Source: Marsupella aquatica
Lineage: Eukaryota > Plantae > Marchantiophyta
Assembly: GCA_973895155.1 (NCBI GenBank)
Contig: OZ316897.1
Location: 15,561,375 to 15,625,374, forward strand
Length of the DNA: 64,000 nucleotides
Direction: 5' to 3'
Below the pieces are notes generated by a model, which made no database searches, was not told the origin of the DNA, and saw only the letters and a program-made list of their open reading frames with translations. The position numbers and the translations under genes are program-made. Shown piece after piece: positions 23,816 through 37,889 of this stretch (within the stretch, counting starts at the first letter, position 1; each line of letters opens with the position of its first letter).

Positions 23816-26800
23816 TTCGAAGCTCCTAGCTGGCTCGCCCGGGTGGAGTGTAGATGTGGGCACAGAAAAGTACTTCCAAACGTGGTATGATTGGTAAGAC
23901 AGAATGATCAATGCACAACTCTGTCAGTCACGCATTGAGTTCGGTCGACACAGATTTACGGAAATGCAGTGGCAAACTCAACTGCAATCCGTGACACCCG
24001 GCACTATTTCTGGAGGATTGCTCTTCCATCATTCGGCCTGCTGATAGGTAATGAGGGGTTTTGCCTGTCATTCGATCAGCAATTGTTTGAAATCTTCACT
24101 CCTTTCATTAGTGAGGAAATGGCAACGTCCTCAATTCCTCCAGCACCTAGAAAATGCAGAACCGATCATATTAGCAGGTTTCTGTTCGATCATGACTTAT
24201 TTGTAAATCACTGGACTTCTCGTCCAGGAAATTCAGTTTAGTTGTAGACTGGCCCTCTTTCAAAACCGGGGCCACTTATTTGTTGGAGAGGACGACGGAG
24301 TAGATTGGCAGCGCTTTAGAGCCTTCCTACTGAAAGCGCTGATTTAGATGACTTTATTTAAGATCGCTCAGATCATCAATTAATAAAGGCAATTCAATCT
24401 CTTTCCTTTGAGAGATCTGTGGATCTTTGCAAGCTCTGGTGCATGTTTGTTTCTTGTATGTACATCTTCAGCGCATCGACAATTCGTCACGGAGGCGCCA
24501 TATTTCAAAATTACGAGTGGACAAGGTTGCGTCGCTTCAGTTTCAAGTGTGTAGGGAAGAAGATGGGTCCAGTACACAGGTTTATAACAAGATCGTACGT
24601 GTGGATTGAAGACTTGTGGGCTTCAAGATTATTAAATTGTATTCAGCAGACATGAGTCTGTTTCCCGTTATAGCAATAACTTCCAGTACTCACTCAATGT
24701 GGAGTACTAGAGGCCATAATTCTCATGCAATACATCTCTTTGCCCTACCACTAGATATAGACTTCAGCCCCATTACAGCACTCGAGATCACGCAAGGTCA
24801 AAACTAAGGACATCTAGAGTACATGCTACACGAGAGCGATTGTTGGACCCTGACACAGTGCTGAAGTACCCCACACAGGTTGTAATCATCAGAGATTGCA
24901 ATTTGACCAATTTGAGAGTGACTGACCGAGACAATAATTGCAGTAAGTGCCATAGATGATCACCATTGCAGTTGCAACTGAGGTTGGACAGAATGATGAA
25001 ACTTACTAACATTATGGTCAATTTATTCTCCTCCCTTATGCTCTGAGCAAAGTTTTCTCCTCTGAAGAAACAGAGACTCGGCCTGCAGAAACTGTTTTAG
25101 TGGACGAGGTGCAGGAAAAGAGTCTTTTCAGTGGCCCGTATGTCATGCGATGCTAGCTTCCATTGCTGTGTGTATACACGTCCTTTGTACGTAATGTCAC
25201 TCCCATTCCCAATCAAATCTCTCCGAAGAAAGACAGATCACTGGAGAAAGTCAATACAGAAAGAGAAAAGGAGGTCACGACACACAGAGACATTCACATT
25301 GTACGTCTGATACTTTGGATGTCTCTGAAGCCAACTATGGTCTACGGCACCAACATTGACATCGGAGGACAGCGCGCGTTGTGATCTTGTCCTTCCCTGC
25401 GTGCTGCCCTACTTTTCGTACACATCAGGTTGACTTGATAGTCTGCAGCTAGCTCGGAAATTTTCCCAAGCCCTTGTCATATGAGGATATGACAACTCAC
25501 GCTTACAGGGCCCCAACATTCTGATAACCTAGGCACCCGCATCGCCAAGCATAGAACGGATACTCATTCTAAAGTAGCTTACCCACATGTAAATAAGATA
25601 GGTGCAATAGCCTGAACCTTTGAAAGGTTTCATCCATGCTTTATCATTGAATATTAGGACGAGACAGGGGATACTGCCATGATTCGGGATGATCTGTGGA
25701 CGCTTTCTCAGTTAGCTTTTGGGACTTGTGATGGTCCCTGCTCTGAACAGATTTTCTTTAAATACAAATCAAACTCTTCCTAAAGACGAGCCGCAGTGAG
25801 TTATGAGCGATGGCTACTTGACCACAACAGAATTAATGACACCAACCCAGCTATTTTCACATTTCGTGCGTGCGGCACATCAGCGATGGAATTGATAGAG
25901 TCCTCCTTTTGCACTAACACACATGACGTCAAGACGTGGACCTCAATTGGTTTTCGGTAGGTCAGTAGGGTAAATTCGTGCCAACCACCGCACCAATCTG
26001 AGGATCCCGACATACACAGTATTGTAGCTCAGCGCTGCCAAAATGACAGGATTCCTCAAAATAATGAGATTTTTGGGTTCTGAAGTCAGATCCACTATTA
26101 GATATAATCATTGCCATGCAAACGTACAGATCCTTTTCTGACGATTGCGCTGGGTCCATTGCAAAACATTATGCAATGCTTGAAAGTAAAATACTCCCTC
26201 AAAAGTACAGGAACGTACTCCTCGTTGACTCGTTCAGCTTTGCATTCCAGTCCGTGGTCCATAAAGTGTCCAAACTCCATCGCCTCCCAACTCGCACCGC
26301 CGCATGCTCAAAACTTGTCGAAGTACGGGGATGGTACAGTAATCGTACGAGTTTCTCCGCTGGCGCTACGAATTGCTACTACAGATAGTACGGTATCGGC
26401 TCTACTGTAGGCACGATCGCTTCCCAGCATTACTTCTGGCTGATCAGGTTCGAAGCTTTCCACAGTGCACAGCACTGTACGTACTGTACAGGCTTGTGGA
26501 TAAAGTGAAAGATAGAAGGTCGCGAGTTGATCGAGATTGTTTCCACTACGCAGCAAAGTTCCGAAGTATCCTGTAATTAAGGACTGGTCGATCATGCTTA
26601 GAGCCTCCACAGTCCACAGCATTGTATATTGTAAAGACTCGTGTATAAAGTAAAACTAGAGGGTGACGAGTTGAGATTGTGTCCACTCCAGCGCAAAGAT
26701 TCTTCTCTTGCTACCTTTTACCATTGGTTCTCTGTCACTGTTTAAGTAAAGTTTACCGTTGGAAACAAACAACAACAAGAAAGAAAAGATTCTGACAGGG

Positions 26801-28348
26801 ATAGCCTCGCACACAGACATAATAATGATAGGACGCTTCGCAAAGTTGGTCAGTGTGCTACAGCGAGAATGACAGCGCTCGTGCAGCTCACTGTTCTCTG
26901 CATGTGCGCTGTAGCTGATTCTCGTCATACCTTCATGACGAGGTAGCTCGTAATAGAAAGTGATACACTCCCCAAAGTCAGAATACATGATCATTGAAAA
27001 CTGAGGGAAAGAGATGTCCAAACGAGCAGGCCATCAAGCCTTGTAATGGCGCATTTTAAAGCTTCCTGATCGATACATATAAAACAATACTGTTAATTCC
27101 GAGCAACATTCACCTAAAGTCTTCTTATCCTCATTTGAAGAAGGCAACCATACTCCACTTGAAAGGAAAAACTCTTGCAGTGACGAAGGAGGAACAAAAC
27201 TTGCATATTTTCCCGATCAGTTGAATTTGGATCAATTTCTCCCCCTCCTTGATGTCCAGGTTCTACATTGATCCTTTACTCTCCAGTGCGTGCACCTTGG
27301 TCCTTACTCGAGGTAGTCCATCAATTTCCAAGTGGAAAGAGAAACGCACGGAAAGCCAGAGACGAGCAATTGAAGAGGACGAGCAAAAGGGAGGAGGAAC
27401 GAGAAGAGTTGCTTTGGTTGAAGTTTTAAGGCCCTTTGCCCAGACTGATTCCTTTCAATCGTTCTTCGAGATGTTTGAAGGTTCAGTTTGTTGTCCATCC
27501 TTAGTATTAAGTCTTGATAATCATCCTATTGCTATGAGAACTGTAAGGATGTGCTTGAGACTGTCAGATTCTAGTCCACCGAAAGAATTAATTCTCCTCT
27601 GATCTAAAGACTAAGTCGGGCTTGATCATACAAGTTCACATCCTAGGTAGAGCTTGATATTGTCTGGGACACATGCGCAATCTGTCCATCTTGGCAGGTA
27701 ACACTCGAAGAACCTATGCAACCTTTTGCTGGTCTTCCTATTTCCTCGTTGCTCTCTAGTTTCAAATCAATCGACGGACACGGCAGAATGATTCAGGTCC
27801 CCACAAAGATTGGAACTGAGCGACTACGGTTACTTTCAGCGGTGTAACAAGATCTACAACCGCGGTGAAAATTAATCAACACGAAGACAAATCAGTGTGG
27901 AATGCTGGACTTGAAGACCGGGTTACAGGAAAAAGGACCGATGTACCAGAGATCTACCCGACAAGCTTAGTGATTGCCAATTTCAAATGAATACTTCCTG
28001 CGGTGTCGGAACATTTTCAATCGAAACGGACACAAAATCGGTGTGTTGTGGACTGGTGCGCATTGATTTGGTGACCCCATCGCGAAAATGGTACTTAGTG
28101 ATCGTCGCATTTACTCTTAAGTTGAAGGTTTGCCTTGCAATTGGAACCATTGCATTGTTTCAGAAACGGCTCTCCAGTTCATGCCTCGTAAATATCCGTC
28201 ATGCAGTATTATGGTCCGCCTCTTCGTTACGCAAATTCTGTTGCTCAAATGTACCTGGACCCGATCTAAACAACATATTCGGTTCCATTTTCAAGTCTAA
28301 GCCCCAAAAAGTTGAGCTCATTTACTCCGGGGTTCTTGCAATTGTACA

Positions 28349-28428
28349 TGCATTGGTAAAAGATAGAAACATTGTGTATGGAAAGTTCTTCTTTCCCATA
28401 CATAATGTTTCTATCCTTTACCAATGCA
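28349..28428. repeat. 80-bp near-perfect fold-back (~37-bp arms, 5-nt loop)
   Basis: TGCATTGGTAAAAGATAGAAACATTGTGTATGGAAAG-TTCTT-CTTTCCCATACATAATGTTTCTATCCTTTACCAATGCA, with 2 substitutions and 1 indel between the arms. Confidence 0.9.
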
Positions 28429-28773
28429 GCCCTACCAGGGAGACGTGGATAACTGTATTTTGACTGCCATGTTAAGGCTGATGCTTTCAAAGAGAAAAAT
28501 AACCAACCAACCAATACAGGTTTAGGGTTTAGGGTAAACCTTTAATTGCTGACAACAGCAACCTCAGCATCAATGTGAAAGTAGAACTCACTGCCACTCT
28601 TGTTGAAACCTCGTTCATGAAGAAAAGACTACAAAAATTCACTGCCACTCCTGTCAAAAGCTGGGTGATGAACAAAAGATTTCCCAAAATCTCACTAGAT
28701 TAGAGTTTTCCGTAAACTGGCAGAAGGTGGGTGATTCCTCCGTCGTTATGAGCCGGGTTCAGGGTAAGTTAAG

Positions 28774-28888
28774 CTTCCAGCTCAAGATCAACATTTGCCT
28801 GTCTGAATAGGGGATGAAAGTGCCCAAACACTTCCAGCTCAAGATCAACATTTGCCTGTCTGAATAGGGGATGAAAATGCCCAAACAC
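28774..28888. repeat. ~57-bp tandem duplication
   Basis: CTTCCAGCTCAAGATCAACATTTGCCTGTCTGAATAGGGGATGAAA(G/A)TGCCCAAACA occurs twice. Confidence 0.85.
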
Positions 28889-31425
28889 TTTCAAGACATT
28901 CTCGATCCTTTCGTTTGGGAATTGTTCAATGTCCATACTCCCCCGATCCCCTCTACATCTCATCCCCTCTACTATTCAACAATGAAGTCCTTTCTGAACT
29001 CCACAATTTTGTTAGTATCAACTTTCGATTGCCCACTTTCGTGGTCATACCGGATATGGTATGCAAATATATACTCCCCGTCCAGATGGTTTAGTTTATG
29101 ACCTGTCCTTAGTCTCGACAAATTTGGAAATCTAGTAATCTAGTTCCCTGGTGGGTCGGTCAATGGTGTATTAGTTTCCTCCATGGTTGGGATAGCTACA
29201 GCAAGACTGCATGTGTAGATAATTTGCAAAAATGCTTGGAGAGTGCAGCCATCCCTTTGGCAGGAAAGTCAACATTGCGTTTTATTCAGACAAGACCACA
29301 ACAGTCTTGTGTAATCTTCCCGCGCGGGGAAAGGAAAGATATGGGAATTGCAATGCGTCAACTGGGCAGCCCATCAGAACTAAAGGACAATGCACGCCGA
29401 AACCAAATGAATGGAGTCCTTGGAAGGTTGAAGGGATCTTCAACCTCTGTAATCCCACTTCGATCTTGTCCTTCAAATATTAAGCAGGTTGCAGGAGGCG
29501 AGTCGGGGTAAAGAGAAAGCCTAGAAATTCCTGCAGACGGAGCTGGTTTCTCTCAAAAAGCACCAGTAAGAAGCAAGGCCCTCCCACACAGCACAAATGA
29601 GGCGCTTTCCCGGGGGAAAAGAACCAAGTGGCACTCATATTGAAACAGAGACTTCATCACTACACACAATGACGCAAATTTAGTCATGAACATTCAATGA
29701 CGTTTCATTGAACGAAATACATGGAAATGGTCTATACAATAACTTCTCAAGCAAAAAATTAGCTTGCCGACGGTAGGATGTCCACAAGTCAAAAACTGAC
29801 CACCCAGGATGATACTCTTGACTACTTCAGTACATCTTGTAATGCTGTCCACAAATTCATACCATTGACAGCGAAAGTCCCTCAAGGTCCAGGACGAAAA
29901 TCCGCTTGCAATAATTGTCTGTAGACCTTCCTGCAACACCCCCGCGACAGCTGTGGTTTTCTAAAGTCATCCTCAGTGGTTCTCTTTCCTAGGCACGTGA
30001 GGACTGTAGACTTGATTTTCCAGTGGTTAATTACAATCTACACCATCAAGCTCATTTAAGTCGCACAAATAGCAATTCAGCGTCATCATTTGTCCTCCTA
30101 CACCCTAAACCCTAAAACATCACAATTGGATTCCAACAATATTGGAACAGTGCCTCAGATTGGGAAAGTCGTGTTTCCTGAATATCAAGCAGACTTTACC
30201 TAGAAAACATAGTAATTCGAATCTGCCATCATCCATCAGAAACCCAGCCGTGGCACATCTCTCCTCTCTCTATTCAGAGAAACGGCATAATGGCCTGCCT
30301 CTCGTTTTCAGAACAATATTGTAAATGTAACCATAGAAATACTTCTCACACAGGTGGCTACCAAGCCCAGGAAAAGAAATTGAACCATGTTCAGAAACTG
30401 CGACCAACACGTTGAACCTGTGGACATATCACAAGAGTTTCAAGGTTTCTTCAACAATCCAGATCACTTATAGCCACCAAGATCTCATGACCAATGCAGA
30501 CAACCGTTTTTACTGTTCATCACACTAGAATGAACACTAATTCAATAATTGCAACTTAAAAATATGCATCCAGCTGATCTTCTTGGGGGAGCATACCTTG
30601 CATGAGTTCTCCAAAATGTGCTGGTCCTTCGTTTCCATACTGTACTTCAATGTAATGTTTTAAATCCTGTTGCCCCAGAAACCATAAGCCAAAGGACCTC
30701 TCATCTGACATGTACACACCTCAAGACACTTGTTATATGCAGACTCGTCAAGCCACATGACTCCTTGTCCATGGCCTTGGTATCAATTTGAGCTTGATAG
30801 GTTCAACTAGAATGATTGGAGCATGCCACTGAAAGTGATGCCTCTTCCTACGGAATCCACGAAATGCTGTCGTGGCTTACGCCTGCAACCAGATGGAATT
30901 GAGGAGCAGCTACTCATCACGAGCTTGTTGTAAGCGAGTGTCCATTGGAAAGCGAGCTTGTATCCTGTATACTGGAGAAGATCACGAAAAACTTGCTCAG
31001 TTAGTTTCCATTCGTAGACAATGCCACATACGTCCAGTGACTTTCTGCACAAAAATTGAGGTTCGACCTTACCTGTTCTGGCCAAACCCTAATCTGCCTG
31101 ACAAATTTTGAATATGGACTTTCTAAAGCTCATAATCATGATAATCAATGCATACAGCACAGTCGAAAAAGGGTCTCACAGGATAAATAGGAACTCAGCG
31201 GTCCACTCGTTCCCAGTAAACTTCAGGCTAAAAATGAAGATTGCTTTAAGCCTATGCACAACTAGATTGAGCACAGTAGGTTCTGTATAACTGCAACAGA
31301 CAGAGGACAACTGAACACAGGAAAAACAGGGAAAATCTTCAAAATATCAATCCTCAAGATATCAACCATCCACAGGCACCCAAATCCGTACAATCAAGAC
31401 ATTTTCAACCACTCGTAAATATAGA

Positions 31426-34400
31426 TCAAATCAAGCCACCGATGGATCGATACCTTGGCCCACTAGAAAGATCTGCAGACCGCTCTTCCTTGATGGGTTG
31501 TAGAGTGTTTGACGAAGCTGGACCGGTTGCTACTGCATCTTGACTTGTTGGAGTCGAAGCCACGTCTTGTCGAACGAATGGATGATTGAGAAGTTCCGTA
31601 GCAGTTGGCCTCTTTGCGGGATTCACATCCAAACAGTGCTTGACGAAATCCTTAGCAGTTTCAGATAACGTATCGGGTATGGGTGGAGCGGTTCCATGTC
31701 CCACAGTCCACAATACTCGATACTGCAGAAGAAAAAATCTTGATCACAAATGGGAAACATTACAAACACCTAGCTTCTCAAGGCTCCCAATGATTACATT
31801 GATTTCCTGTAAAATCTTGCCGTCTCCTAACTCTCACCAGACTTTGCGATCTACGTGTCGTTCACATTCAAATACAACCAAGCGATCACTACAAATCAGA
31901 CACCCGCAATTTCCACCACGAGTAGTAAATCATATTGTCGCGCCCGCAGGAAGTAATCGAATTCAGCTTCTCCCATGAACCAGAAAACTTGGAATGCAAA
32001 TAGACACAATGACCACATAGTAAACCACCAACAATCGGATACTACCCAGTGTGGGCAATCACAAACCAAGCAGATTGCACAAACGCAGGACCTAACTGCA
32101 TGTAACTCAGGGGTAGGAATAAGCTGCAAGATCCGACACCGATCTGAATCCCATTGTGAGTTGTCTGCACGACTACGAGAACTAGAACTAAGTTGCACTC
32201 ACCCATTCCATGTCTCCAAAAGGAGGCGACCCAGTTGCCATCTCAAGAATACAACATCCCAGACTCCATATGTCGGCTGGAAGCCCGGAAAACTTTTTTG
32301 GATCAATGACCTGTAACGCAAACACCACATGACACACCGAACAAAAGATTCAACTCAGCCGCTGACGTCAAATTCCTTCAGACTTCAGATAAAACTGCCT
32401 ATTCGTCATATACACTTCTGGATATCAGGTAAGAAATAAGTGTTGCTGAAATTGAAGAAAACAGATGATATCACAGATCTTATCAGAAATAGATCAGGCT
32501 CACCTCTGGAGCCATCCAGTAAGCACTCCCTTTGCACGACTTCATCTGATCCAAACTATTCATCTGCAAAAGGTCCAAGTGTAAGACTATTTCAGGCCCA
32601 AAATGTTCAAAGCCTCGCCAAAAAATCAACGCCGCAGATATTACTCTATGCCAACCCCAACAAATAAAAATGTCCACTGAAGACATCAAACACAGATTTC
32701 ATCTCCGCAACGCAGATAAGATCAACAATGTACCTGTTTCGCCATGCCAAAATCGGCTACCTTGCATGTTCCATTTGTGTCAACAAGAATGTTTGCACAC
32801 TTAATATCCCTGCCCAGGATACAGCGTCGTCATCAGTAGATACACGATACAGAGCAGAATTCGCTCTAGGGACAAATGCCTTCGGAAAAGCCCTGCAAGA
32901 AAATCTAGAAATAGCGCCCAAGATCAAAAGTGATACGAACCTGTGCACAATATGTCGGTCATGGAGATATTTCAGGCCCTTCAAAATCTGCCTTGTGTAT
33001 GCACTAATTTGTGAGTGAGTCAGCTGAATTCTCTTACATATGGTTGCAAGTGATCCTTTGCTCACAAGCTCCAAGAAAATGTACAGTTTGCCATGTGCCT
33101 GAGGAAAAAGTTCGAGAAGTCAAAAATGGGCAACTTCTCCGGTTTACGTTGTCAAGACAATTTACTACGACCAGAACATGCGCATCATGAGATGGTCATT
33201 TTTAAACATAGGATAAACTATGGAGGCCTCCTGAAAAACAAGATGCCATTTCCAGGGAAACAGTTCAGCAGACCTTTTCCGTGCCTAGATACTGTACAAC
33301 GTTGTCGTGTTTGAACTGGCTCAACAGCTCAATTTCCTACCACAGCAACCATCGAAACAAGGGTAAACATGACAACACTGGGACCACCGGAAGAAACATG
33401 TAAAGAATATGTGTATATGACAGATGTCGAAGCACATAACACAGTTAGGGTCGAAATGAGGTCCTTCAAGTAAAGATTCGGATGCACAACCTTAAAGGAC
33501 AATTTAGACAAAACTACAAAGACGAAACTAATCCACGATACTTTGGTGCTTATCCAGTGTGAAGGGAAAGACATACCTGCATAAGCTGAGCAATACTTTG
33601 TTGCGCTTGTTTGTCTTGCTCGACCATAGAAACCTCTTTTACTGCAAACCACATCCCAACACTGGCCCACCAACCCACTGGTTATGATCATTGGAGTGAA
33701 AAACTCTCCACAGGTCAGAACCCTTGTGCAATTTATCCTAATCTGACAGCCTAACAACAACCAGGAATGTTTCCTGAGCTCGTAGAGTATTCAAGAAAAC
33801 CTTGATGACATCGGTGACTACATAGGCAAGTCAATACTACCTAAAGGTCGAACCACATTCTGATCATTTAATCGTCTGCGGATAGATTCACCGTTGACGT
33901 TCATGTTATGCCCCAAACTTACCCTTATCTACATACGATAGAACATTCCATTGCTCCCATAGCAAAAACTTGAATGCTGGAATGCATGACCACCGCTCAT
34001 TGTGCATCAAATCCTCATTCTACCAGTTGTAAGAATTCGAGAAAGCATGCACAATCGGTGGTCAGAGTGTTTACCTGTCAACGGCGTCGTAGACGGTTCC
34101 AAAAGAGCCCTGACCGAGTATGTCACCCTTGGACCACGGATGTTTTGGACCCAATACCACCACGGGGGTTTGAACAACCGGCGGTGGCAAGTCAGGTGTT
34201 AAATTCTCACCAACTTTGACATGCTCTACTGTACTAAGAATCCTCTCTGGCACGTCTACGGTGAGGTCGGTGCGTTTCCCCTGTCCGTTCCCGTCATTGG
34301 CAGCAACACCGCTCACATCTCCATTGCTTTGACCCTGTCCATTCTCTTCATCGGCAGCAACACCGCTCAAATTTCCGTTGCTTAAATGTTTGGACTGTTC

Positions 34401-35723
34401 AGGACTTGCACCAGAAACCGACGAACCAGCTTCAATAACGTGAGCCGAGTCCTGTTCATCGTCACTTTCAGACGCATTCTCCTTCTCGTCGTCACTTGCG
34501 CTGAAATACGAGCGAATGGCCTCTTCCGCTGCATCGGGTGCTAATGAACCCAAAATATCCTTTGTTGAGACTTGTTCCTGCGGAATTCTAAGTATACTCA
34601 TTCGAGGGGGGGGTTTCAGAACCATGGGTTGAGACTTGACATTATCTTTTAGTGGTCTCCGTCTTTCGGATGACAACGATGTAGTACTAACATCTGCGGT
34701 TACCTTCCCATGAGAAACCAAGACCCTGCTCGATCTGTCACTCACTGTCGGCGCTAATCCAACTTCAAGAGTCGTGCTCGGACTTTCACTGTCCTGATGG
34801 GTGGACTTGTTTTGTAATAACTCCCCATTATCTACAATGTCCACATGTTTCCAATTGAGACCACGTGACCCAACACTCTTGCCATTCAAAACTGATGTCT
34901 CGTCCCGCCTCGAGGGAGTAACAATGGGTATGGGTTCGCTCCGAGCCCGTTCTATTGGCTGAGCAACCACTACAGAAGCCATCCCTGTTCGCGACCTAAC
35001 AGAGGCTGCTCCTGGAGGACTTCGAGTATCCGCAGGGAAGGATCCAAGCCTGGGTATATCGCAATCTCCATGACTCATGATAAAATTCTCCACACCCGCT
35101 GCTTCGTCTTGAATTTTAGCCTGACGCTGAGCTTGCCTGACGACATTCGCAAAGCCCGGCAACACCCTGTCCTTATGTGCTGCTCCTCCATTACTCTCGC
35201 GGTTGAGGGCAGCTGCTCCAGCTGATGTTGGAGTCCTGTTCTCGACCTGAGCCCTGACCTTAGAGCCTGGTGGCGTTTGGATTAGCGGCGCTGGAAGAGC
35301 TGCATCAACTATCTCCGCCTCTGTACGAGCAAACTGCCCGACTACTGGTGGCGACTTCTGTGGAGAAAGGTAAGGAGGAGTAGTTTCCTGAGACGAAGTA
35401 GTTCGTCTGATCATTTCATAGTCTTCATTGTCAATACCCAGATTGGCTGGTCCGGGGAGGCCGAGGTACCTGAAAATACTGTTCATCTCCGCTACATCTT
35501 GCTTCCCGTGCACACTGAATTCCTCCAAGGCCCAATCACCTGAATGATGGGAGGACCTGTCGGAGTCATCGTCGTCATTATGGTGAAGAGTCTTGCTCGA
35601 TCGTCGCCGATAAGACCCGGTGGAATCGTAATCTATGCCTTTGTTGCCAAACGATCTATCTAATCTTGGCCGGGAGGCTCGCCCTGTGTGCGAGCTATGG
35701 CTGTGGCCTTTACTCGACGCCAT
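31426..35723 (-). CDS. MEKK1: Full-length MEKK1-like MAP kinase kinase kinase, copy 1, ~831 aa. Exons 35723-34075, 33661-33577, 33336-33274, 33098-32941, 32809-32734, 32563-32504, 32310-32203, 31722-31426.
   Basis: All kinase subdomains are present: [64 protein letters not shown]. All seven introns are GT-AG and the spliced length is 2,496 nt. There is a ~515-aa N-terminal region with 'RPRLDR...IDYD' and 'LKPPP' motifs typical of the plant MEKK1 clade. An in-frame upstream ATG at 35783 is an alternative start. The symbol denotes the clade, not proven orthology. Confidence 0.92.
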
Positions 35724-37870
35724 ACTTAGGAATTTTCTTCCCTTCTCCCTCCAATCAACGAACCCTGGATCCGTCAAGCTCATCTGCCCTACTCTTGTTC
35801 GCCTTTGTCGTTGCCACCAACAGCCAAATTCTTCCTTCTCTGCCGCCCACAACCCGACGCAGCGACAGTTGCTCGTAAGACATATTTCTACATGCCTAGT
35901 CCCCGGTTTTCAGCCACCCTAAACATCCTCACGCCCTGCCCAGCCGGGCCCTGCTCTGCCCCCACCTGCCTCTCCCTCTGTTTGTGCCTGCCTGTGAACT
36001 CACTAGCCACAGTGGCCATTCCACATTTTCCCCTGTTGCCTAATACTCTGGACCCAGTCCTACGCCTTGCCTCTAAGCTGCCGTTGCTGCTGCAGCAGCT
36101 CGCATATCACTCACATATTGTTTCGCCCCCGTCCTCCGCCTCCCCTCCTGCTACTTCCCTGGTTGCTCTACAGTCACCTCAAAGACGCCATGCGCAAACA
36201 ACCACTCCTTCCCGCTCCTCGTTCCCCTTATCGTCTCCTACCTCGCGTGGTACAGATGAGCTAATCCTGTAATCAAAACCTGCACCTGTATTTCCAATCT
36301 GCTCGATCAGACAACAACAGAGAAATCCGCCGTGGTGAGAATCCAGATCCTTCGAACCAGCTGAGACGAGAGCGTGTAACCACAAAAACGAGAAATCCTT
36401 CCAACTTTGAAAGCTAAAACCATTATTATCCCTAATCTTATATCCAGCACAAGGAATCCTCAACAACACCGAATCTTCCCACAGCACAGCACGTGACATC
36501 ATCAATCCAATTCATCACTCCATCATCCATGCTTACACGAGAAGACACGCTCGACGGTTGCGGCGCGGGTAGAAACAGACCTTGACGCTTCTCCCACCCT
36601 TCGTAACTCGTTCCTCTCGATCCCGGCAGGAACGCCAGCACAGAGATGGACAACTGCTGCGATACAAATCCGTCGGCAATCAATCAATCATCAACAATAA
36701 GTGCGATTATTATTCGCTGCGATACAAATCCTTCGTGAATCATATCAACTATAAGTTCCTTCATTATTCCGGCGGTCACACAGCGACACAACTCCGTTCC
36801 GTCCCGTCAGTCAAATCAACGAGAATAATCTAATCCGCCGGTCGTATACCGAGTCAACAACGCTTCGATCCGTCGATCGACCTGGCCCCCTCTCTCGTTA
36901 TTACTAGTTACAGTGGTCTACGACTCCGCCTTTCCTCGAAAGCGAGCTCCCTCCGCTCCTCTTTTCCGCACCACGACCTATCCTCCCCCTTTACCAATCT
37001 CCCCGTCATTAGACTACTGCTACGACGACTGTTTCTTTCTCCGAAGACTCCTTCACCTCCTCCACCTCCCTCCACCCTCCTCCTTTCCGCTCCTTCGTCT
37101 CCTTCGTCTCCTTCGTCTCATCGACGTCGCCCGCTCACACCTGCCTGCAGCAACCCGGCCTCTCCTCCGTGAACGTCAACTCCTCCTCCTCCTCCTTCTC
37201 CCGTCGCATCCGTCGTGAAGGAAGGATTCTCAGTTCTCACAGCACGAGAGCGCCCTTCGCCATCCGTCCCGATCCGCATGCTCTTCTCTCCGGCGACGTC
37301 AGTGAGGCGCACGGAAAGTCATCATCCAAAAGCAGCAGGGGGCCTGAATGGCGGCTCTTCTCTCTACTACTTGACAGTGCCCCTACTCCTGTGTCCTCCT
37401 GTGTACTCCTGTACTCCTGTAGGGGAGGGGTGTACCTCTCCCCTTCTCTCTTCCCTTCCCTCCTCTCCTCCTCTCCGGCTCTCCTCTCCTCTCTCTGCTG
37501 CCAATCTGGCGCTTTTGTCCGCTCTCTGTCTCGTTGGGGGCGAAAGCTCTCTCCTCTCTCTGCTGCCAATCTGGCGCTCTTTTGTCCGCTCTCTGTCTCG
37601 TTGGGGGCGAAAGCTGGGGCCAGAATAGCAGAGCTGGCACTCGCTTGTCTGGTCCGGCCTCGATTGCTTTCTAACAATTCTAAACAGGATCTCTCGACTC
37701 ACGAGTGAGTGCCTTCTGGCCACGCGACTGGACTGGACTCGACAGGACTGGACTGGACTGGACTGGACTGGAGCGGTGCGGTGCGGTGCGGTGGTGATGG
37801 TGCAGGTCAGAATCCTGGTCTGCAGGTGTGGTGCAGTCTGTCGCATCGCCCCCCTCGCCTGCTTGCATTC
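35724..37870 (-). promoter_or_regulatory. Long, probably intron-containing 5' leader and promoter region of MAPKKK copy 1
   Basis: GA-rich tracts on the minus strand. Candidate donors CAG|GTGTGAG (~37140) and AT|GTGAGT (36114), and acceptors at ~36268 and 35992. A ~68-bp tandem duplication at ~37482-37615 and (GACTG)n/(GCGGT)n microsatellites at ~37726-37792. Confidence 0.55.
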
Positions 37871-37889
37871 CTTCCTTCCTTCCTTCCTC

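Noticed and set aside
25085-25125. Plus-strand 'TVLVDEVQ' resembling a Walker B motif
   Set aside because: It sits in a short frame with no Walker A or surrounding NTPase ORF.
29200-29280. Minus-strand 'FLPKGWLHSPSIFAN' resembling reverse-transcriptase motif B
   Set aside because: No YxDD follows at the expected distance and there are no other RT motifs, so it is likely chance.
28520-30116. TTTAGGG x2 at ~28522 and CCCTAAA x2 at ~30102 as interstitial telomere or element ends
   Set aside because: There are only two units each. Telo-box-like motifs are common in plant DNA and no TSD was seen.
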